A stretch of DNA of 64,000 nt from Macrostomum lignano (taxonomy: Eukaryota): positions 240,673 through 304,672 of the forward strand of contig NIVC01001556.1 in the NCBI GenBank assembly GCA_002269645.1, read 5' to 3'. Below, in pieces: positions 48,501-64,000 of the stretch (the first letter of the stretch is position 1; every line of letters begins with the position of its first letter). Under the pieces are notes generated by a model. The model did not search any database, had not been told where the DNA came from, and saw only the letters and a program-made list of their open reading frames with translations. Both the position numbers and the translations under genes were made by a program.

Positions 48501-50865
48501 CAGCTTGCAGATCTAATTCTCGGTATCTTGTAGATCTAATTCTCGGTATCTTGTAGATCTAATCCTCGGTATCTTGTAGATCTAATCCTCGGTATCTTAT
48601 AGATCTAATCCTCGGTATCTTGTAGATCTAATCCTCGGTATCTTATAGATCTAATTCTCGGTATCTTTTAGATCTAATCCTCGGTATCTTGTAGATCTAA
48701 TCCTCGGTATCTTGTAGATCTAATCCTCGGTATCTTGTAGATCTAATTGTCGGTATCTTGTAGATCTAATTCTCGGTATCTTTTAGATTTAATCCTCGGT
48801 ATCTTATAGATCTAATCCTCGGTATCTTGTAGATCTAATCCTCGGTATCTTGTAGATCTAATTCTCGGTATCTTTTAGATCTAATCCTCGGTATCTTATA
48901 GATCTAATCCTCGGTATCTTTTAGATCTAATCCTCGGTATCTTATAGATCTAATCCTCGGTATCTTGTAGATCTAATCCTCGGTATCTTGTAGATCTAAT
49001 CCTCGGTATCTTGTAGATCTAATCCTCGGTATCTTATAGATCTAATCCTCGGTATCTTATAGATCTAATCCTCGGTATCTTATAGATCTAATCCTCGGTA
49101 TCTTATAGATCTAATTCTCGGTATCTTTTAGATCTAATCCTCGGTATCTTGTAGATCTAATCCTCGGTATCTTGTAGATCTAATCCTCGGTATCTTATAG
49201 ATCTAATCCTCGGTATCTTATAGATCTAATCCTCGGTATCTTATAGATCTAATCCTCGGTATCTTATAGATCTAATCCTCGGTATCTTATAGATCTAATC
49301 CTCGGTATCTTGTAGATCTAATTCTCGGTATCTTTTAGATCTAATCCTCGGTATCTTGTAGATCTAATCCTCGGTATCTTGTAGATCTAATCCTCGGTAT
49401 CTTGTAGATCTAATCCTCGGTATCTTGTAGATCTAATCCTCGGTATCTTATAGATCTAATCCTCGGTATCTTATAGATCTAATCCTCGGTATCTTATAGA
49501 TCTAATCCTCGGTATCTTATAGATCTAATCCTCGGTATCTTATAGATCTAATCCTCGGTATCTTGTAGATCTAATTCTCGGTATCTTTTAGATCTAATCC
49601 TCGGTATCTTGTAGATCTAATCCTCGGTATCTTGTAGATCTAATCCTCGGTATCTTGTAGATCTAATCCTCGGTATCTTGTAGATCTAATCTTCGGTATC
49701 TTGTAGATCTAATCTTCGGTATCTTATAGACCTAATCTTCGGTATCTTATAGATCTAATCCTCGGTATCGTATAGATCTAATCCTTGGTATCTTATAGAT
49801 CTAATCCTCGGTATCGTATAGATCTAATCCTTGGTATCTTATAGATCTAATCCTCGGTATCTTGTAGATCTAATCCTCGGTATCTTATAGATCTAATCCT
49901 CGGTATCTTATAGATCTAAGCCTCGGTATCTTGTAGATCTAATCCTCGGTATCTTATAGATCTAATCCTCGGTATCTTGTAGATCTAATCCTCGGTATCT
50001 TGTAGATCTAATCCTCGGTATCTTGTAGATCTAATCCTCGGTATCTTGTAGATCTAATCCTCAGTATCTTATAGATCTAAGCCTCGGTATCTTGTAGATC
50101 TAATCCTCGGTATCTTGTAGATTTAATTCTCGGTATCTTGTAGATCTAATCCTCGGTATCTTTTAGATCTAATCCTCGGTATCTTATAGATCTAATCCTC
50201 GGTATCTTGTAGATCTAATCCTCGGTATCTTGTAGATCTAATCCTCGGTATCTTGTAGATCTAATCCTCGGTATCTTATAGATCTAATCCTCGGTATCTT
50301 ATAGATCTAATTCTCGGTATCTTGTAGATCTAATCCTCGGTATCTTGTAGATTTAATCCTCGGTATCTTGTAGATCTAATCCTCGGTATCTTGTAGATCT
50401 AATCCTCAGTATCTTATAGATCTAAGCCTCGGTATCTTGTAGATCTAATCCTCGGTATCTTGTAGATCTAATCCTCGGTATCTTGTAGATCTAATCCTCA
50501 GTATCTTATAGATCTAAGCCTCGGTATCTTGTAGATCTAATCCTCGGTATCTTGTAGATCTAATTCTCGGTATCTTGTAGATCTAATCCTCGGTATCTTT
50601 TAGATCTAATCCTCGGTATCTGATAGATCTAATCTTACACACAGCAGCTCACCCTGTCCAGCTGCAGGTAGAGCACCTCGATGGCCCTCTCCTCCCGTCG
50701 AGCGGTTCTCTCCAGCGTCTGGTAGCGCAGCTTTTTTCTCTTGCGGCACTCCCTGGCCGATTGCTTGCTCTTCTCCTGCACCGCCGACTGCTCGCTGCCG
50801 CTGCTGCTGCTGTCCCGACTTCTGGCTCGCTCTGCCGACTGCAGACGCCCTGTTGAAGACGCCAT
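45563..50865 (-). CDS. CREBL2: CREBL2-like bZIP transcription factor with long poly-Ala / poly-Gln C-terminal extension, 408 aa, 2 exons
   Basis: Exons 50865-50653 and 46576-45563 (phase 0; AGG|GTGAG and GCGCAG|CTA). Basic region KSKQSARECRKRKKLRYQTLE...REERAI matches the CREBL2 signature RSRQSARECRARKKLRYQYLE...RERAI. The frame is continuous into ORF 45563-46102. Confidence 0.8.
46605..47835. repeat. Minisatellite, 22 bp unit (TGGTTAGAGAGCGGATGCTTAC), at the 3' end of the bZIP intron
   Basis: About 55 copies. Confidence 0.96.
48375..50635. repeat. Minisatellite, 23 bp unit (AGATCTAATCCTCGGTATCTTGT), at the 5' end of the bZIP intron
   Basis: About 92 homogeneous copies plus degenerate copies at 48375-48500. 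Confidence 0.97.
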
Positions 50866-51359
50866 CGCTCTGTCGAGCTCACCGGATGCCTCGCGGTGTG
50901 TCTCTCAGTTTCTGAAATTCCGAATGAAATTCTATATTTATCGTTTCATTTCTGTCAATTCGTGTGGCGCAACTGAGAGCGGACAGACTATGGTGCTGCG
51001 GGAGTGCTGAATTCTCTGAATTGAGGCTCGAATAATAGGAAGAGAGGGAGTGGGGGAGGTAAAGGTTGCGTGGGTCCTGCCTCGGGGTGGCGTCGGCGGC
51101 GGCTTCGGCCCGAAGCAAAGGACTCTCTCTTCTTTTTTTCATTTTTACTTCGCAGTTTGGACCCTCAAGCATTGGGACAAGTGCGCAATGGAATCCAGCA
51201 CGGGCCCCGTGCTTGCACACTTTATTATTGCTTAGCTATCCTTTTTTCGAGCTTAACTTTTAACCGCTGGATGATTCTTTTTGCGGTTCCGCCGGGTCGA
51301 TGAATTAACTGTTTCTATTAGTTAATTCCCGCGTTCACAGGGAAGCGGAGTTAAGGGAG

Positions 51360-52340
51360 CAGACAATGGTAGATTGTAGCTATGGTTTGGGAGGCAGGAA
51401 ATGGTAGATTGTGTCTTTGGTTTTTGTTTTGAGTCAGACAAAGTAGATTGTGTCTATGGTTTGGAGTCAGACAATGGTAGATTGTGTCTATGGTTTGGAG
51501 TCAGACAATGGTAGATGTGTCTATGGTTTTGGAGTAAGACAATGGTAAATTGTGTCTATGGTTTTGGAGTCAGACAATGGTAGATTGTGTCTATGGTTTT
51601 GGAGTCAGACAATGGTAGATTGTGTCTATGGATTTGGAGTAAGACAATGGTAAATTGTGTCTATGGTTTTGGAGTCAGACAATGGTAGATTGTGTCTATG
51701 GTTTTGGAGTCAGACAATGGTAGATTGTGTCTATGGTTTTGGAGTCAGACAATGGTAGATTGTGTCTATGGATTTGGAGTAAGACAATGGTAAATTGTGT
51801 CTATGGTTTTGGAGTCAGACAATGGTAGATTGTGTCTATGGTTTTGGAGTCAGACAATGGTAGATTGTGTCTATGGATTTGGAGTAAGACAATGGTAAAT
51901 TGTGTTTATGGTTTTGGAGTCAGACAATGGTAGATTGTGTCTATGGTTTTGGAGTCAGACAATGGTAGATTGTGTCTATGGATTTGGAGTAAGACAATGG
52001 TAAATTGTGTCTATGGTTTTGGAGTCAGACAATGGTAGATGTGTCTATGGTTTGGGGTCAGACAATGGTAGATTGTGTCTATGGCTTTGGAGTCAGACAA
52101 TGGTAGATTGTGTCTATGGTTTTGGGGGCAGACAATGGTAGATTGTGTCTATGGATTTGGAGTAAGACAATGGTAGATTGTGTCTATGGATCGTAGTCAG
52201 ACAATGGTAGATTGTGTCTTTGGATTTGGAGTCAGACAATGGTAGATTGTGTCTATAGATTCGTAGTCAGACAATGGTAGATTGTGTCTTTGATTTTGGT
52301 TTGGAGTCAGATAATGATTGATTTTTGTCTATGGTTTTGG
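51360..52340. repeat. Minisatellite, 35 bp unit (GGAGTCAGACAATGGTAGATTGTGTCTATGGTTTT)
   Basis: About 28 copies; each has a short internal inverted repeat AGACAAT...ATTGTGTCT. Confidence 0.95.
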
Positions 52341-52809
52341 CGTACAGCGTTGGACAATGGGTCCATTGAGAGAGGCAGACCCAACCACAGAATATACTGT
52401 ATATTCTGTGGACCCAACTATTGATAGTGAATAACTAAAGAAAATGCACTTACCGATTTTTAATCCTTTATAAAGTATATTTATTTATTAGTCTGTCCGT
52501 AACTCAGGTGCGTTCTGGAGCAGCAATTTCTGAATCATAGATGGAGCCTTGTCTATTTGGGACCCTCGCCAGTGCTTCAATTTCGGGTTTCTTCATCGAA
52601 AAGAAGCAGAAATTTTCTTTAAAAATCCGAAAATTAGCAGCCAATCGGGTTGGAGTTCGAGGGAGGCGGGTTGCGCTTTTAATTCGTTCGATTCGGCTCC
52701 TTAGAAAGCTGCAATGTAATGCAACTGAATAAACTCCATTTAGAAACAAAAATTTGCACTTAATAAATGGCTGAGATGATAGACAGAAGTGGCAGTTTGT
52801 GTCCACCAG

Positions 52810-53025
52810 CTGCTGCTAGAAAGGTGTGTGTCTGCTGCTAGACAGGTGTGTCTGCTGCTAGACAGGTGTGTCTGCTGCTAGACAGGTGTGTCTGCTGCTA
52901 GACAGGTGTGTCTGCTGCTAGACAGGTGTGTGTGTCTGCTGCTAGACAGGTGTGTGTCTGCTGCTAGACAGGTGTGTCTGCTGCTAGACAGATGTGTCTG
53001 CTACTAGACAGGTGTGTCTGCTAGA
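52810..53025. repeat. Minisatellite, 20 bp unit (CTGCTGCTAGACAGGTGTGT)
   Basis: About 10 copies. Confidence 0.92.
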
Positions 53026-53494
53026 CGGCAGTTAAGTTTACCTGTTAGACAGAATTAAAGCTAACAGTTTTATAATCAAACTCGAAGGTTAAAGTAAATT
53101 TTTTCGAACAATTAACATAAATAATCCTTTAACTTAAAGCTGGCGTGCATCTGTACACAAAAGCTTAGGGTGTGCTTGAACTTTGTGCATCCTTCGGATT
53201 GTCCCGAATACGCGACAAGCTACTAGTAAAAATGAAATTGGCTCAGTTCTAGCTTTAACCGAACGGCGTGCCTCTCTCAGTGGATTTTGCATTTTCTTGC
53301 TTTTATATACTTATTACTTTACATGCAACCTCCGGTGCTGCATCGGGACCAGCCAAGGCAGAGTGACGCATAGGTGCTGTTCAAGTGCGCCACAAGTTCT
53401 TCTACCCCCATTATGCTCGCAGTTCTTTGGCTTCTCTTCTCTGATTCTGCTTCTTCTCTGCAGGCGCCCGTGACTCCAAGGTACAATTGGCTCA

Positions 53495-53800
53495 GGAGGG
53501 TCATTGACTATTGGGGTCATAGGATCATTGACTATTGGGGTCATAGGATCATTGACTATTGGGGTCATAGGATCATCGACTATTGGGGTCATATGATCAT
53601 TGACTATTGGGGTCATAGGATCATAGACTATTGGGGTCATAGGGTCATTGACTATTGGGGTCATAGGATCATAGACTATTGGGGTCATAGGGTCATTGAC
53701 TATTTGGGTCATAGGATCATTGACTATTGCGGTCATGGGTCATTGACTAATGGGGTCATGGGTCACCGACTATTGTGGTAATGGTTCACTATTGGGGTTG
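53495..53800. repeat. Minisatellite, 24 bp unit (GACTATTGGGGTCATAGGATCATT)
   Basis: About 12 copies. Confidence 0.92.
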
Positions 53801-55152
53801 TGTGTAACTGACTATTAGGGTCATTGGTCGCCGACTTTCAGTCTTCGAGCAGATGCTAACAAAACCATAGTTGGAAGAATTAGGAATTGATTTGTGATGC
53901 CATATGATTATCATAAATCTTTTTTAATGTTTATATTATCTGAGAGTCAAGCATTTATTTCCTCCTGCTTAATCTTGCCCATAGATATCTTCATGACAAC
54001 CTGTGATTATATTGAGGTCTCCAAGGTGAGAAAATCTTTAATGCAAAAAAATGATTAATAAATTAACGACATTATCAATAATATCAATACTATAGGATTT
54101 CTAATCGAGGAAATAAAAGGCACATCTCTAAGTGAACAGGTACGGTATATTGGCAATGCACAGGTTAAGATGAAAATATAAAAAAATCTACTATGTGTGG
54201 CGATGGGCAAGGTGGATCCACGAGAGGACTTCTGAGGCAGTGCGACATCGAGGTTTAAAAAATCAGAGCTCACAGTTAATAGTGCCCACAAAATTGCGGG
54301 ATCCATTAGAATTAAAACTAAAGTTTCTTAGATAATTTTTATGACTTATTCACTGCGCAGCGACCATAGAGGCTCCCCCGCATTAACAGAGACAATAATT
54401 TTCCAAAAACTGTAAAGTATTAAAGAAAAGCTTTTAACAATCCTGGATTCCAACCAATTTGACAAGCATGATTGGCTAGGCAAAATATGCAAATTGTTAG
54501 TAGAATAGTTGATTTAAAACGCTCAATTTAGTACTTCAATAGCTATACATACACACTTAAAGAAGAAAAATCAATTACGTAGTTTAACAGTGTTCTGGGT
54601 TAGTTTCCTGCTAGTGGCTGTGTTTCGCTTAGACTAATATGGATTGATGTCCTGGGGTTGCAAAGTGGGAGAGAGGGCTGGGTAAGGTCAGTCACAGCCA
54701 ATCAATGGATGCCACACAGAGCCGCGGGGGTGAGTCACGGCGTTTCAGTCTGGGGAGGGGGCTAGGAAAATCGGGGTTTGGGTCACGTCATAGAAGTCGT
54801 AAAACGGCTAGGTAAGGCGTGAGGAGTGAGGTGGGCTGTAAGCAGGCCTGTCTTTGGAAAGACAAGGAATTGTCGCCTAATATGGTTGTACATGTAGATG
54901 CATTTAGCCATTTGGTAAGAAGTCGTAAAACGGACTGAGGAGTGAGGAGTGAGGTTGGGCTGTCCTTTGCCTGCGCCTGGCTTTGGAAAGATAAGAATCG
55001 GGTGTAGGGCTGCGTTAGTCATTAGTGAAAATCGTAAGACGGTTGGGAATGAGCAGCAGAGATGGTCTATCCTAGCTAGAGTTTTATTTAGCGTACATGT
55101 AACAAAATTCGACTGAGAGTTATGCTTTCCTTAATTTAACCTATTAGAGGTG

Positions 55153-63522
<8,370 letters not shown>

Positions 63523-64000
63523 CTAAAAATGATTTCCGCTTGTTTTGTCTGGAAAGTTTTTTGGGCATTTCACAATTTTAAAAAAAAATGTGATATTTTT
63601 CTTTTTCTGCCTACTACTACCAGTAAGTTATTGCACATAAAATTATATTTTTACACGCAGTTTCCGTCGTGTAACTACCTGTAAAAGTACGAATTACAAT
63701 AGATAAAGCTAAGAAAGCATTCTCAAGTTACGCTGTTAGTTGGGTGTTAGTTCTTGAGCATGATTAACCGCAGGCGTACATTGGTTTAGCAATGCAAATG
63801 AAGGGCACGGAGAAAAAAATTGCAAGCATAAAAGTACAAAGTTTTGAATTCCCCAAAAAGCATTGAAAGTCATTGTTGGATTCTCCCTAGTCTAACTGGT
63901 ATTACTCCTGATTGAGGTCATTGATTGACGCCTAATTGACCCTAATGATTAAAGTGCTAAAAAAACTTGGTCTAAGCAAAAAGGGGCGTATAAAGACAGC

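Noticed and set aside
50879-51220. Upstream ORF as an extra bZIP exon
   Set aside because: No convincing donor and no similarity to CREBL2 N-termini that I can support.

Overview
Eukaryotic, intron-rich animal genomic DNA, not prokaryotic. GC-rich exons sit among many different minisatellite and microsatellite arrays, a style consistent with a free-living flatworm such as Macrostomum (inference only). Genes reconstructed by hand with GT-AG junctions: a single-exon amidated neuropeptide precursor (-, 7563-7886) head-to-head with a 12-exon divergent ionotropic glutamate-receptor-family gene (+, 10049-18902); the DEAH helicase DHX35 (+, 25042-32678) with a nested antisense 500-aa Q/P-rich ORF in intron 3; a BTB-Kelch-like gene (+, 34112-36989) with no usable genomic start codon; an otopetrin proton channel (+, 39039-42300); a CREBL2-like bZIP gene (-, 45563-50865); and the 3' part of glycine decarboxylase GLDC (-, 55153 to beyond the window end). 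Mobile DNA includes a hAT-type MITE with an 8-bp TSD carrying a minisatellite, two other MITEs, a CORE-type SINE and a second tRNA-derived SINE family. Main leads: (1) a possible DHX35 / BTB-Kelch operon in which the spliced-leader AUG supplies the start codon; (2) minisatellites grown from splice signals, including about 36 tandem copies of a DHX35 5' splice site; (3) an unassigned neuropeptide precursor; (4) an iGluR with a non-canonical gate and ligand pocket. Three single-base C/G-run deletions break the iGluR and GLDC frames and look like assembly errors. Most long ORFs in the supplied track are translations of tandem repeats. Repeat boundaries and copy numbers are approximate hand counts.
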